A stretch of DNA of 64,000 bases from Mustelus asterias (lineage: Eukaryota). The DNA lies in contig NC_135802.1 of NCBI RefSeq assembly GCF_964213995.1, forward strand, positions 103,726,001-103,790,000. The letters run 5' to 3'. Of this stretch, positions 23,563 through 37,181 are shown one piece after another. The first letter of the stretch is position 1; every line of letters starts with the position of its first letter. The notes beneath the pieces were generated by a model. The model was not told the origin of the DNA. It made no database searches and saw nothing but the letters and a program-made list of their open reading frames with translations. The position numbers and the translations under genes were made by a program.

Positions 23563-24995
23563 AGAGTACTTAAGGAAATGGCCCTGGAAATAGTAGATCC
23601 ATTGGTGATTATTTTCCAAAATTCTTGAGACTCTGGAATAGTTCCTACAGATTGGAGGGTAGCTAATGTAAGCCCGCTAATAATCAGACAAAGTTAGCAT
23701 GGACTTGCAAAAGGGAAATTATGTTTGACGAATCTATTGGAATGTTTTGAGGATGTAACTAGTAGACTTGACTGAGGAGAATCAGTGGATGTGGTTTATT
23801 TAGACTTTCAGAAGGCTTTCAACAAGGTCTCACATAACGGACTATGTAAAGTTAAAGCACATGGGATTGCAAGTAATGTCTTGAGATGGATAGAAAGCTG
23901 GTTAGTAGATAGGAAGCAAAGAGTTGGCATAAATGGGTCCTTTTCTGATTGGCAGTCAGTGACGAGTGGGGTTCCGCAGGGATCTGTGCTTGGACCCCAA
24001 ACATTCATAATATATTTATTGGAAGAGGGAACTGAATGTATTATCTCCAAATTTGCAGGTTGTGTGTGTGTGTGTGTGTGGGGGGGGTGGGGGGGGGGGG
24101 GGGGGGAGAGCGGGTGTGTGTGTGTGAGTTATGAGTAAGGTGCAGAGATGCTTCAGCGTGATTTGGACAGGCTGAGTGTGTGGGCATATGCATGGCAGAT
24201 GCAGTATAATGTGGATAAATGAGGTTATCCACTTTGGTAGCAATAATAGGAAGACAGATTATTACTTAAATGGGTGTAAATTGAGAGAGGTGAATACTCA
24301 ACGAGACCCTGGAGTCCTTGTGCATCAGTCGCTGAAAGTAAATGTGGAAGTACAGCAGGCAGTAAAGGTGGCAAATGGTATGTTGGCCTTCTTAGCGAGG
24401 ATTTGAGTATAGGGATAGGGATGTTTTGCTGCAATTGTACAGAGCATTGGTGAGGCCAAATCTGGAATATCGTGTGCAGTTTTGGTGTCCTTATTGAGGA
24501 AGGGTGACCTTGCTATAGAGGGCATACAGAGGTTTATTAGGCTGATTCCTAGGATGGCAGGTCTGTCATATGAGGAGAGACTAAGGTAGTTAGGATTATA
24601 TTCATTGGAGTTTAGAAGAGTGAGAGGGGATCTCATAGAAACTTGTAAAATTCTAACAGGATTAGACAGGGTAGATTCAGAAAGAATGTTCCCAATGGTG
24701 GGGGAGTCCAAAAGTAGGCGTCATAACTTGAGGATAATGGATAAACCTTTTAGAACTGAAGTGAGGAGAAATTTCTTCAACCAAAGAGTGGTGAATTCAC
24801 TACCACAGACTGTAGTTGAGGCTAAAACATTGTCTGATCAAGAAAAAAATAGATCTAGCTCTTGGGGCTAAAGGGACCAAGGGATATGTAATATCAGGAT
24901 ATTGAATTCGATGATCAGCCATGATCAAAGTGAATGGCAGAGCAGGCTCCAAGGGCTGAATGGCCTGCTCTTGCTTCTAATTTTAGTGTTTCTAA
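23563..24995 (+). mobile_element. CR1/HER1-type LINE, RT region to 3' end, disrupted
   Basis: [32 protein letters not shown]; the FADD motif is replaced by (TG)n/poly-G at 24060-24126. Confidence 0.95.
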
Positions 24996-25821
24996 ATAGG
25001 CTTTCCAACTCTGGTATTAGATCCAATGGATTGAGAGGAGGTCTTGGCTTAGATTACAATGGTGAATCCTGAAATAAGTGAAGTTAAATTATTGGTATAG
25101 AAAGTTGCTTCTTTTCATGATGGCGCTTGTCAAACCAATAACTGGCTGGAGCTATACTTGCTAGAAAGTGTTGGATGAAGCTCAATAAGCAGGATGCAGT
25201 TCCACAATGTTCACACTTAGCTGTTGTTTTTGTAGTAAACCAAATGTATGTGGCTTTTTTTCAGTCTGTGTGATTACATTCATTTCACTGCACTTAGCCA
25301 GGTTCTGTAGATATCACAGGGTAAACAAGGGTTGTAATCTGACGGAATGGATTGTAGTCAAGCAATGGGATACAAATCAGTTGGGTTTGATCGTGAGTGG
25401 ACGATCCCTTCAGCCAGATTACTAGCCTTATGGCCAAACCAAAATGCAACCCTTCCATCTATTCTATAAATCATGTAACTGCCATTCATAAATTTTCCAT
25501 GCAAACCAAAAGGTGCTCTCTTCATATTTTTGGCAGAAATATCTACAAAGAACATTGAAAACCACTGCAAAGAGAACAAACCTTGCTCGCTGAGACCTTT
25601 CTCTTTGATTAATGAGAACATGAAGGTGTCCAGTCAAAGCATCGCTGGTACTGAGAGAAAAGTTAACTGTTGTATGGATTAGTATGCCAAGGGAGTTGTG
25701 TTAAAATGGTTTACACAGCCATTTTATGGAAGTGCAACATTTTAATTTATTCTTCAATGAAGAACCTTTGAACAAATACAAGGAAATGTGAAGAAACTGC
25801 CCTTGCCGCGCCACTGAACCC

Positions 25822-26143
25822 TGTGGCACAGTAGCTAGCACTGGTGCCTCACAGCGCCCGGGACCTGGGTTCAATTCCAACCTGGGTGACTGTATGGAGT
25901 TTGCACATTCTCCCTGTGTCTGCGTCGGTTTCCTCCCATAGTCCCAAGATGTGCAGGTTCGATGGATTGGCTATGCTAAATTACTCCTTCGTGTCTCAGA
26001 TATGTAGGTTAGGGAGCTAGCGAGTAAATACGTGGGGTTGCAGAGGTAGGGTGGGGACTGGGCCTTGATAAGATTTCAGTCGAATAGTGGTGCAAACTTG
26101 ATGGGCCGAATGACCTCCCACTGCACTGTAGGAATTCTATGAT
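25822..26143 (+). mobile_element. HE1-type V-SINE, tail A
   Basis: gtggcacagtagctagcact...ggttcaattcc head; ends ctgtaggaattctatgat. Confidence 0.88.
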
Positions 26144-26424
26144 TTGGGATGATCACCATCCTCAAGGAGGTCGCAGCAGCAATTCCTGAATGATGTAGCT
26201 GGCAGCATTTGGCATGGGGAACCAAGCAATTGGTTCATTACCTGATGTATTCCACTTCCTCAGACCTTGAATACCATGAAGGTCTGGCTGGATGAGTGGA
26301 AAGTGCACCTTGAACATATTTAGAAAGTCAAATATCCAAATATATATGCCCTAAATAAAGTTGCTCAGTACAGTGATTGTCTACTGCATTGTATCGCAGC
26401 TTGGTAAAACACAGGTCGATGCTC

Positions 26425-26702
26425 ATGAATCCAGACACTGACCCTCTGAAAGGGTAACCCCCTCCCCAGGCCTGTCGCTATAACCCCGCACATTTGCCAT
26501 GGCTAATCCACCTAACCCACACGCCTTTGGATACTAAGGGGCAATTTCTCATGGCCAATCCCACATAACCTGCACATCTTTGGACTGTGGGAGGAAACCC
26601 ACACAGACACGGGAGGACAGGCAAGCTCCACTCCACACAGACAGTCACCCAAGACAGGAATCAAACCCAGGTCCCTGCTGCACTGTGGCACCATGCTGCC
26701 CA
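26425..26702 (-). mobile_element. HE1-type V-SINE variant
   Basis: tggactgtgggaggaaacc...aatcaaacccaggtccct..ctgtggcaccatg on plus equals a SINE head on minus. Confidence 0.85.
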
Positions 26703-26811
26703 ATGTTGCTTGACTGTTGCCTAAAGTGAAGGGAAGAAATAACAATGTAATTCCACTTTATCTCATTTGTTTAACAAAATACCTTGTATGACTCTCTGAA
26801 CCAACGAACTC

Positions 26812-26955
26812 TACATATGTAGTGAATTACTTTGAAGTGCATTGAATGATATGTAGGTAGCTACAGCAGCTTCTTTGTGCATAGTAAAATGAATGAGCAG
26901 TTAAACTGTTAGTTGGTGGTTTTGACTGGGGAGGAATGTTGGCAGCATACCTAAA
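26812..26955 (-). mobile_element. DeuSINE-like 3' fragment
   Basis: 'aattactttgaagtg...gcagcttctttgtgcatag...ggaatgttggc' resembles the DeuSINE tail region. Confidence 0.45.
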
Positions 26956-27937
26956 TAATATACATGTAAGATGTCCTCCCTATCTCTTGCTGTCCATTTT
27001 CTGACTTGGACCTGCTGATTTGTGGTGACATAAGAACAGACATTTTACGCTGAACTCCTCTTCTGTGATGCCAGAATTAGATTCTGCTTAAAAATCATTT
27101 GGTTCTGTTATATTTTTGGTGATGGGGCAAATCTGTGAAATAAGCTTCGCTACTGAAGAAGTGACTTGTGAGGAGGTACTTGTCATAATTAGGTTTTGAG
27201 CTCGATAATACAGGTGACGATCCAAGATTTTGATAATCCATTAATTTCTCTGGCTGCTGATTTATTGTTGAGTGGCGGGAGACACATCATGCCTGCCACT
27301 TAGTTTTGAACTCAACCTACAGCAGTGAACACAAGCAATCACCATATGGTTGCAAAGAACCAGAAATGTGCTGAGGCTAGTTAAAAAACTCTACGTGAAC
27401 TATCCCACAGTGTTCATGCGACCTCCAAAACAGCAAAAATACAGGAAATCAGTCTGTTAACACAACAAAATGGCTGGGCCCTGTGGCATTTAGCCCAAGA
27501 TGAAGAAAAACAAATCTGACATTCACGTAAATAGAGAGGCACATCCTTGCAGATTCCAGGAGCACACAAGAATCGTCATTACTTGAGAAAGCAGATGAGC
27601 CACTTTGCACCTTTACTGTCAGATTTGTGTGGGCTTCACTAACGTCTTCAAGACTCAAAACCTTTCCGGTACTTTCCCTCCCCTTTTTTTTCCCAGACTA
27701 GTTATCCCAATGGATTAACAAAAACAAAATGACAAACTTATGTTAGTTTTAAATTCCTTAGGTTTTTTTTCGGATTCATCTCTCCCCTTCAAACTATACA
27801 CCCCCCCTCCCCGCCCCCCCATGGCATTAGGCAACACAGGCTTGATTGCACAACCACATTTTTACAAAGATTGCAATATACTGGGACATACAAGTTCAAA
27901 TGATCTTTAGAAAATTGTTCAACAGCAACATCTCAAA

Positions 27938-28236
27938 TGTTTATGCAGCAGAAGGAACTCTTCAGTTGCAGGCAATAAAATAAAACAAAACTTACTCCAA
28001 CTAATAAATCAAATAAAAAGGTTTAATAAAGAACCTTCATTACTCCAATACTTGAGGCCACACCCTGGGCCATTCCAAACTCCGCACAATTCCCAAGTGC
28101 TGCTTATTTATACTGAGTCAGCTGACCACCACCATCATTTTGTCATTGGTTACATAGTTTACTGGGTCAGCTGACCCTCACAGCATGTTACCATTGGTCA
28201 AATAAATCCAATGTTATCATTGGTTACATTCTAACA
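27938..28236 (-). repeat. 3' LTR of the copia element
   Basis: On minus: PPT (aaaaaaaggggga, 28237-28252) then TGTTAG...; CCAAT x3, TATAAATA (28105-28112), ATTAAA; probable end ...AAACA at 27938 (far boundary uncertain). Confidence 0.7.
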
Positions 28237-31050
28237 GTTCCCCCTTTTTTTCAAATTAATTTAAGACAATTATCCTCCGGTGTTCTTAACTTTCCAATAC
28301 CTGCACCCCTTTTAGTAAAACAGTCAGATAACTTTAGATTTGCACCAAGCCAGTTGAGTTTGAAACTTCCTTGTTTTGCAGCATTGCTGGCCAAATCAAT
28401 TCTCAGTCACTTTGTCGAGTGAACATTGTCCACATAACATTCAATTGGTACTTTCTTTCCTGACGTTGCCATAAAAAATAACTCTGTTAATGTGCCGGAC
28501 AAATATATCCACATATCCAACGCTTCCACTTACGCTAGAGTTTCAGCCGCCAATGTACTTTTGACTACCCCTTTTATTTTCTTTGCTTCCCAGGCCAAGG
28601 AGCAACATTTTCCTCCCTTACCTACCAAGAATATTATGAATCCGGCACCGCTCGAATGTCCATTTGGTATATTGGCATGTAAAGCATTACTAAATACAAT
28701 GAACTTCATGTCTTCTGGTTCTCCTAGTACTGGAAATTTAATTATACTGTCCTCTAATTTTAGCTTTAACATTTTATTTGCCTGCAAGATCTGACTGAAG
28801 CATGCCTCAACATATTACTTAGCTCTAGGACATTGTTGCTCCTATCGGGCCTTGTCTGTGTGCATAGCCAATTTAACTGACCTATCGTACTCCTCAACAA
28901 TGATGTTTCTTCTTTGTTGGCCGGTTCCTCTTTTTCCATTGACCTCTCTCTGGTTATGGGAATGGGATCAATGATGTTTAGATATCCCTGTTGATTCATC
29001 GTTACCCTGGATTTGCTTTGTCGGATATCAAGGCCAAGATATTGGAAAGCACCAGCTGCTTGACCTCCCTACTTTAAATTCGATCTATAGCCTATTGATT
29101 ACCCTCTTTTCAAATTCTTCTGTGCCACCCCCATAGGAAATCATCAACATGCATCACAAAAATTCCAGCCGATTTTCTTTCAGACTTCCAATCGCACATT
29201 GTAGGATCTTCTTTTAACTGGACACGGCCAGTTTTCAGATCGAACAGAAAAATACCAAATTCTTGATGTATATGCATTTGTTCAGTTTCCACAATTGTCC
29301 CTGTGTATTACCTGCTTCTTTGTGTGACTTCAAAAAAACTTTTCTATGAAATGTTTCGCCCTGCAGAAATACTGCTTTGATATCTATTGGCATTCCCAGT
29401 TATTAGATGCTAGAACAGCGAAAAATATTTCAGTGTCACTTTCCCTGCTATGGGTGAATCAACCCTAATGTCTCTCCCTCCAAGTATTCCTCATACCCAC
29501 GGGTTCCTAACCTGGCTTTTGCTTTACAAGTCCAATGTTGCAAAACTTTCTCTGTGCAAACCCACCAATGGGACAGAGCAGGCTGCCCTTTGTCTGGTAC
29601 CTCGTTGTACACCCCAAACTCTTTCCAACTGCCCAACTCTTAGTTTGGCCTCTCTTATTTCCATGAGCTCCATTTTATTGGCAGCCACCAACACTTCCCT
29701 ATTACGGGGACTTCTACTCCTATTGCTATCATTGGTTTGATTCCTAGCCTTCCCCCTCATTAAATTCTGGCCTCTACGGCCATTTCTGTTCCTGTCAGAG
29801 CTGCTACTCTCAGATCGCTGTTCTGTGTTGCCACAACGTCGGTCATAGACTTGTGACTTTTTCCTGGGTTCACGAGCGCTCACTGTCTCATCCTCAGAAC
29901 TTAAATCTCGTTTTTTTTGGCTTCCATCTTTCTAATCTATAGCTTTCATTTTTTGCCCTTGGACATTGGGCCAGTGTTTATATTTTCCTGAAGCTTTTCC
30001 TGCTCTTCCGATTATAGTGGCATCCCTCTCCTCATTACATCTTTCGGGTATGTATGAAACCACTGTGCCCACTTTGGGTAGCTGGACCTTTGAAGTAACT
30101 GCTTCATCCCCAGCCTCACCGTTAATTAGCTGATCATCATAGTTGCTCAAGGTATGTGTATGTGGGGTACAAGGTGTTTCTTGTATTTCTACATCTTGTT
30201 CAGATGCTCCAAATTTATTATCAATTCCCACTACTCTTGAAGAATGGACTGGCACTGTCTGGTTACCGTGTTGTAGCATAACTACTTTGCCATCTGTCCC
30301 TATCAGTTTCCCGGGTCCTTTCCAATCTTTCAGGCCCTCTCTTTTATAGTAGACCATATCACCTTTCACAAAATATACCCCCAACGGTCTTATGTGATGC
30401 CTTAGGGCTCATCTTATCCGTTCTGAAACCTCAACCTTAATGAAGGCCTTTCTCCCTGCATGCATAGTATTTAGATGTGTAGAAACAAATGGAGCTAATG
30501 ATTGTCTCTAAATACCGGAGCAGCATCTGTTAATACTGATGGTAACTTCGGGTCCCTTCCATATACCAACTGGCACGGACTATAGCCCCCCACCATTTGT
30601 AAAGAATTTTTCGCATGCACTACCCACGTTAATGCAATCTGCAATTTACAGCCTGGTTGATCCACCAAAATTTTATGCAGCATATCATCTATAACTGCGT
30701 GATTCCTTTCACAGAGGCCATTGCTGAATGAGATTTCTGCTGCAGTGTGCATTACTACAATATTTAAATTTTCGCACATCTTCACTTGCGAATTCACTCC
30801 CACCGTCCGTCAAAAATTTAGACGGTGCCTCCAACCCTGTTCCAATCCAGTGGGTCATAATTTTATGTGTAATAATCATTTTATCTTTGTTGTAAATCAC
30901 TGTAGATATGCTAAACCGGGTGGCCATGTCCACGAAGTGCAATAGTAGACTTGCGACTGGATGCAGGGGTGTCCTTCTATATTTTATGCAAATTTTACAC
31001 TGGGCTGATATTTGCTCTGCGATCGTTATATCCTTTGTCCAGTACAAAGT
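28237..31050 (-). mobile_element. Ty1/copia LTR retrotransposon (GalEa-like), 5'-truncated and decayed
   Basis: Order INT-RT-RH on minus: C..C..Y, FVDMATRFS, TDGGSEF, SNGLCERNH, WKGPGK, GRAGKASGKY, KAKARL..RGYEE, HVDDFLWG, IGQLNWLCTQTRPD, VVKSTLAAETLA. Confidence 0.92.
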
Positions 31051-31057
31051 GGTAATT

Positions 31058-31105
31058 ATTGTCGGTGCAGACTCAATGGGCCAAAGGGCCTTTTCTGCGC
31101 TGTGT
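31058..31105 (+). mobile_element. SINE/CR1 tail fragment at the truncation point of the copia element
   Basis: gtcggtgcagactcaatgggccaaagggccttttctgcgctgt. Confidence 0.65.
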
Positions 31106-32149
31106 GGCTCGATAACAGTTATATTGTGAAGGAGGTGCTTTTCCTGAATCTGGGTGTGGTCCCAGTTCCAGTGGCTAATCTAGGCCCAGTGAATATGGGA
31201 AATGCTTTGAGTGCATGTCCTTTCAATGAATGGAAGAAGAATCCTGCAGCTTTATTGACAGAGGTGATGTGACCTGTCTGATATTTCCCAGTTTTACTGC
31301 ACTTAAACAATCCCTGTTCAGACCCAGGAAAATCTGTCCTTAAATCACGACCTGTTTCTGACTGTTACAATTCATTCTCAGGGAATCTTTTTTTTTGAAA
31401 AAAAGAAAACCATTTAGCTGGGGTCAAAGCCTTAAGTTATTTGGAATGTTTAAAGTGGCTTTTTCTTCCATTATGCAATCATATTCCACTTATCTCTTCC
31501 TTAGCTTTTAGCTGTCCAGTTGATGAATGCGTGAGGTGGATACTTGTCATACTTTTACCAGACTCTTCCTAAGGTCTATTGCACGAATTAGTTTGGGTAG
31601 GTTGCCCTGCATTAAACTGGGGTTACTGAACCAGAGCCAAGAGTACTTATTAAACATATCACAGTATTTTGGTGCTACTTAGACATTTGAAACAGATCTG
31701 AGTAACTGTATGGGAGGCCTGGTTTGTGTCATGAAGCTTAAAGTCCTCATTTGCAAAATAGTACTGGTCAGAATGTACCTTGCTGCAAGGGATGTGCACC
31801 ATTTTGGCTACAGCAATCTCACGCTTTAAGTAACATGCCAACATTTAATTTTGTGAGATGGTGAACAATAAAAGAGACGTGACTCGGGTATTATTTAAGA
31901 GAGAATGTGATTCCATGATGGGAGAATCATTGGTTTCTGTGCAAGCAAGAGCTCCAAATGTCAAATCATCCACTTGCTGTTTTAGAAATTTTGGAACAGG
32001 AGCAAACAATGTGCACCATATTTTGCTTGCACATGACTTAAGCTACTTCATCTTCACTAATCTTATTTTTTAACCCGTTTGACTTGACTGAATAGTCCCA
32101 CTTCCGAAAATGTTACCTAGCCCATGTGACCATGCTCAATTGTGAGCCA

Positions 32150-32432
32150 AAACACTTTGGTCTCGGCATGGTATTGATTAGCTGATTCATACTGAACCTA
32201 TCGCTCGCTGCTTCCTACATACAGACACCTTCCAGCAAGGATTGCAGGATAGTGATCAAGAGAAAGAAACTTGGCCGAACTTTTCCTTCTCTCTGCCTAC
32301 CTCGACTTAGTGCACAGTTTGTAATGGCTGAACTGCTTGCAGTCATCGAAGTCCAAGATTAAACCTGTGAAGTTCTTGGACTGTAAGGCACAGTAGCATA
32401 ATCAGATAGTGAATTTTTCCCACTAAGCCAGC
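32150..32432 (-). mobile_element. Ancient tRNA-headed SINE-like remnant
   Basis: Minus strand 'gctggcttagtggg...caggtttaatc' gives degenerate A and B boxes. Confidence 0.35.
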
Positions 32433-35400
32433 AAAAAAGCTAAACTTTGTACCTATTGATCTAAAGAGAGTGACAGGTTTTGCCCAGAATTAACTTTATT
32501 GCGAGTGTCATACATTAAAAGTCTAAAACTGTCTGTCCATTGTTTTCCTTCATTCGACATTTTCTGTTCAGTTTAAGGGCAAAGAGTTCAAGTGGGTGGA
32601 GCTGCCATTTTGACTGATGGAGGAACAAGCAGTCCTGTGTGCATGGATAATGTTTCCTGCTGAAATTTTGGGATAAAAAAAGGCCTGGTGGGCTGCCAAA
32701 GAAGCTTAGCTCATAGAGCAAGTGCTTTTCTTTTCATTCTGAAAAATGTATTGGCCTTTATCGCTGACTTTTTCCTGTCAGGAGCTGCCACTCTCTTCGC
32801 CCAAAGGACATTTTGGATGTAAGGTTGTGCACACAGCCGTGTCAAAAAGGCCCAGACACAGGCACAGGGGCCTTGTGGCCATCTCCTGTGATGTAATTGC
32901 TATGATTCAATCATTGACTCTGCCTCTCAGCCATCAGCTAAAAGAAAATATGAGATAGACCAAGAATCTACCCCTCTCCCTCCCTCCTGTATCAAGACAT
33001 CTTTGTAAAGTTAAGCAGCTTTGTCCAGCAGTTGAGTCAGGAACTGATTGCACTCGCGATCATGGCCAATCTTACAACCCTCTGGCACGAGTGATCAAAG
33101 TTTCTGCTGTTTGTGTAGTTGATTGGGACAGAGTCATTTGGATTAGTGTGGTGTTTCTGGCTTCAGTCTGCTCAAGCTGAAGGGAGCTGAACTGAAACGC
33201 CCCCTGCCTCAACAGGGGGAGTTTTAACCTCAAAATGCAATGTTGAGTAGGATGTTTAAATACTAAAAAAATCTTAACACCGACCCTACTTGCATCCAAT
33301 TTGCTCACTCCTGTAATAATAGAGGTGGACAGGGAGCAAGGAACCAGACTGCTCGCAGGTTGGCAATTTTAAAATTATCATGGGACTCCAGGTCTCATAC
33401 TCAATTACCATTTTAAATTTAACCGTAGTCGACTGTATTTTCAAGACATTAGGAAACCCGGCAAGTATAAGGAGGCAAAGACAGCTGGGTCCAGTCACAT
33501 CCCCAATCTTCCTTTGGCTTCCAATCTTCATTAAACTCAAGCTCTATTCTGTCACTTGCCGACCACTGATCTCCCCTGATCCCAGCCTCCTGAATATTAC
33601 CTGGTTTTTTATCACAATCGCCCTCTGCTTGAACATCCCTGATCTTCCCCATCTCCAGACACTGACCTTCTTCCTTACTCCCCACAATCCTCCCAATCTT
33701 CCATAGCTGTTCGCCACTCCTTGGCTGCATCCTGATGCAAAGGCCTTCCCAATCGACAACCAGCCTCTCAAACTGGCTGCATGTGGCTGAGAGACAGAGG
33801 CAGAAAATGCTGATGTGGTCCTATTTGGGTGTGTCTTCCCTTTCTCCTGAAAATATACAGAATCTATTCAGTGAGGATCTGTGTAGTTATACTCGTTACT
33901 CTTCATTGAATTGACAATGCTTGTTTTAAGAGAAAACACTGTATATGATTTAGGGTAATACACAACAAAATACAGGCCAGCCCCTCTTGTATTGAAAACT
34001 GGAGGTTATTTTCTGTCCGGTGTGCTGGGCAATGAATGGATAGACTGCACTTCAATAGAGAATCAACATTAATGCAATGTTGATAATGTTTCGTAACAAA
34101 ATCTAGATGGAACCCAGCGTTATACCAGAAGAGGCTAGCTTGTATAGCCACATGAGGCATTGTACAATGTTCTCTCATACTTTCAACTGAATCATGAGGT
34201 TTAATGATTTTTTGCTAATTTTTCTTTAATCAGCAATACATTTTCTCCCCTTTTATCCCCAGGCTACTATTGGCTGCTCAGTCTGTCATGTTCTTTTTAA
34301 AAACCTCTCCTGCATCTTCGCATTTCAGGTTCTGTCATCTTACTTCGCACTCTGCCTCTATGCTGCCTCTTCCCTATTTACTCTTGTTGACCTATTTACC
34401 TCTTCACTCGTAACTCCATTCTGAGGCTTTTCCTTTTGCTGGTCTCCTCATCCCTCACTGCTTGCCTCTGAGTGCTTGATAGTTCCTTGACTTCCCAAGT
34501 CTCCCCTTTCTTTCCTGCGCGTCAGTATTTAGACATTTCACTGCCACAATTTCAACAGCAGTTTCTCTCATGACATTGGCATCAGTGATAAAATACAGAA
34601 AAATGCTGACCTAGATGCAGATGGGACTATTCTCATCTCTTCAGCCAACACTGAACTTGAAATGGTTGTCTGACAATGGCAGTTTGCCTTCTTTTTCCAG
34701 GCACCGAAAGCAATAAATCCGACAACCTAGTGCCTGTGAGATGGCACTGATAAACATTTGAGTAATTAAAGGGTTTGATCAACTATAGAAGCGAAAACTG
34801 CCCTTTCCTCATATCGGATATTAGCTCTGATAGCAATGTAGTAGATCAATTTGAGATAATGGAATATAGTCATCAGGAGAATGGGAGTGGTGGGTGAAGA
34901 TGAAGTAGTTCAATAACATTTAAAATGGTTGCCAAAGTTATCCAGGCCAGGGAAACTATGATTATGTGCAATTGTAGAGTTTTACATGTCCATATGTTTT
35001 TGTGAATGTGGCTCTTGTACATTTACCGATGTCTACGTATGATTTTGCATGGCAATGTTCATGCGAGTGCGTGTGTATGATTGTGTAAGTTTAGATACAT
35101 GGGTGCGTGGAGGTGATTTTATAACCCTCAATCTTATCTTCAAACCCATACATGACTCCAGTCTGCTCCAGAGATCTTCTGCAGCCGTGAGTTCCTATGA
35201 GCATCTTCAACTCCTCTGACACATTCTTTGCTGATTGCTCCTTCCGCTTCACTCCCCTGGAATTCACCCCCTCAACACATCCTCATCATCATCTCACTTG
35301 AGTTTGCAGAATCACCCTGAAGTGATAAGAAAAAGATTGATATAAATAAACCTCATGATTCAATTGAATTGCCACCAATGGAGTCAGTTCAGCCGAAGGT

Positions 35401-35734
35401 TTTATTTTTTATTGTTCCTTTTGTCCATCGAAAAGGTCTTTCCTTTTTTTAAGTCTATGGCCTTGCCCCAGCTACTTAAGCTCCATTTGCTCCTTTGTAT
35501 AATTTCCAAGTCAAACTTAGCATTCTCTGGTTCTGGTTCATTACTCATCCCTTTTTCATTACTTCTTGATCACTCATTTATCTTCTCTTTAGTCTTCTTT
35601 TGCCATTTCATACTTCTGGTTGGTGTCCATTCTTTGCCCAATGACCTGTAAAATGTCCTGAGAGATGTTTCTATATATTAATGAGTGCTATAAAAAAGGA
35701 GAATTTCCAATTATATAGCAGTTTTTCCAAAGCA

Positions 35735-35860
35735 TTCATCTGGACTTGAAATGTATGGCTCTATTCTCTCCCCACAGATGCTGTCAGACCTGCTGAGGTT
35801 TTCCCACTTTTTCTGTTTTTGTTTCAGATTCCAGCATCCACAGTATTTTGCTTTTATCTT
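35735..35860 (+). mobile_element. Penelope-like pLTR fragment
   Basis: 'ctctattctctcccacagatgctgtcagacctgctgag' is near-identical to 62751-62790. Confidence 0.8.
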
Positions 35861-36304
35861 GGCTTGTCATGTGGCCGTCTCTCTCTCCGACTGCCCAGTG
35901 ATCCAAATAAGGTCATGGCTCGTGTATTCCAGTTGTAATTTGATTAAGTCGTGGCTGGAAATTCCTCTCAGCCAGGGTCCCATTGTCCAACTGATTATAT
36001 CTGATGGCTTGTCTCCAGCAAGTTTAGTCCTTAGGTGATTGTCTGGACACTTTGGTTAGGAGATGATCGCCATTCATCCTCTTTCATGGTCTTTGTCCCT
36101 GTGGCTCAAGTCTCCATTTTAATTGTTGTTTGGAAATGTAAATGATACAGTAATGCAAATGTGTAGTAGCTCTGGCTATGATCCTAAGTCACTGGATTGT
36201 AGCTTTGCTCGTTTTAAACAAAAATAATTCCGTGTTTCCAACCAGTAAATTCAATTTTTTAAATCTAAAGCATGGTTTCACAACAACCACCAAATGGGGA
36301 AAAA

Positions 36305-36473
36305 TCCCCAGATCTTTTTCCAAGTAGTGCTGTGGGATCTTTTATGTCCACCTGACAGATCTCAGATAAACATCTCACCCAAAAATCAGCCGAGATAATT
36401 GTTCAAGTCATGAAGAGGGGTTTGAACCCACAACTTCTGACTCAGACATGAAGGTTACATTGAGCCACAAGGC
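36305..36473 (-). mobile_element. DeuSINE remnant
   Basis: Minus strand: tRNA-like head (gtgggttcaaacc) and Deu-domain 'ggtggacataaaagatcccacagcacta'. Confidence 0.7.
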
Positions 36474-37058
36474 CACTTAAAATGTTGGTGTCTATCTATT
36501 GATTATGTGTATCTATACAGCATACATAAGTGCTTATATATGTGTCTCTCTCTGGGTTTGTATACCTGTCTAGATGTGTACGTAGAGTCTATGCATGTGA
36601 TCCAACAAACCTCAGAAGCTTTAGCAGTCGCTCCATTTTCCAAACTTCTACTAAAATGTGTTAATCAGTGGCTGGATTGATGCAAATACTTAAGAGCTGA
36701 GTATTTGAAACTTTATACAGATTGACGTGTGATGCATTGACACGGCACGGATTGTTCTGGAATTCAAAGCAGGTTTCCGAGATTTTTGTTTTGGAAGAGG
36801 ATTTTGAAACAACACAGCTGTGTGGAATCAGATAAGTAGAGCTTCGACTTCCCAGTCTTTGAAGGTGGTGCAGTTGTAAAGAATGTAATTTCTTTCATTT
36901 AAAGGGTGTTTCCTAAAGACAGAACGTTCATCAGGGCTGGCTGGCTGAAGACTTTCAGCTAGGTAGCTGTCATTCTCTCAGTTGGGGGTGGCAGCCTTTC
37001 ACATCATGTTTCCCTCTGCAAACTTTTTTTTTGCCAAAGAAGCAGACTTTAAAACAAA

Positions 37059-37181
37059 ATGTCCAGTATCCGTGGAGCAGAATGGCGTAATGAAGAAAGC
37101 AGCTTTCTGGAAGGAGTGTATCTGATTCATTTTACAGATACCCATCCACGTCGTAGGCCAAAGAAATACTGCCAACTTCAG
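37059..37181 (+). CDS. Candidate alternative first coding exon of RBMS3
   Basis: aaacaaaATG start; 41 open codons MSSIRGAEWRNEESSFLEGVYLIHFTDTHPRRRPKKYCQLQ; CAG|GTAAAG donor in phase 0, the same phase as canonical exon 1. Confidence 0.45.
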
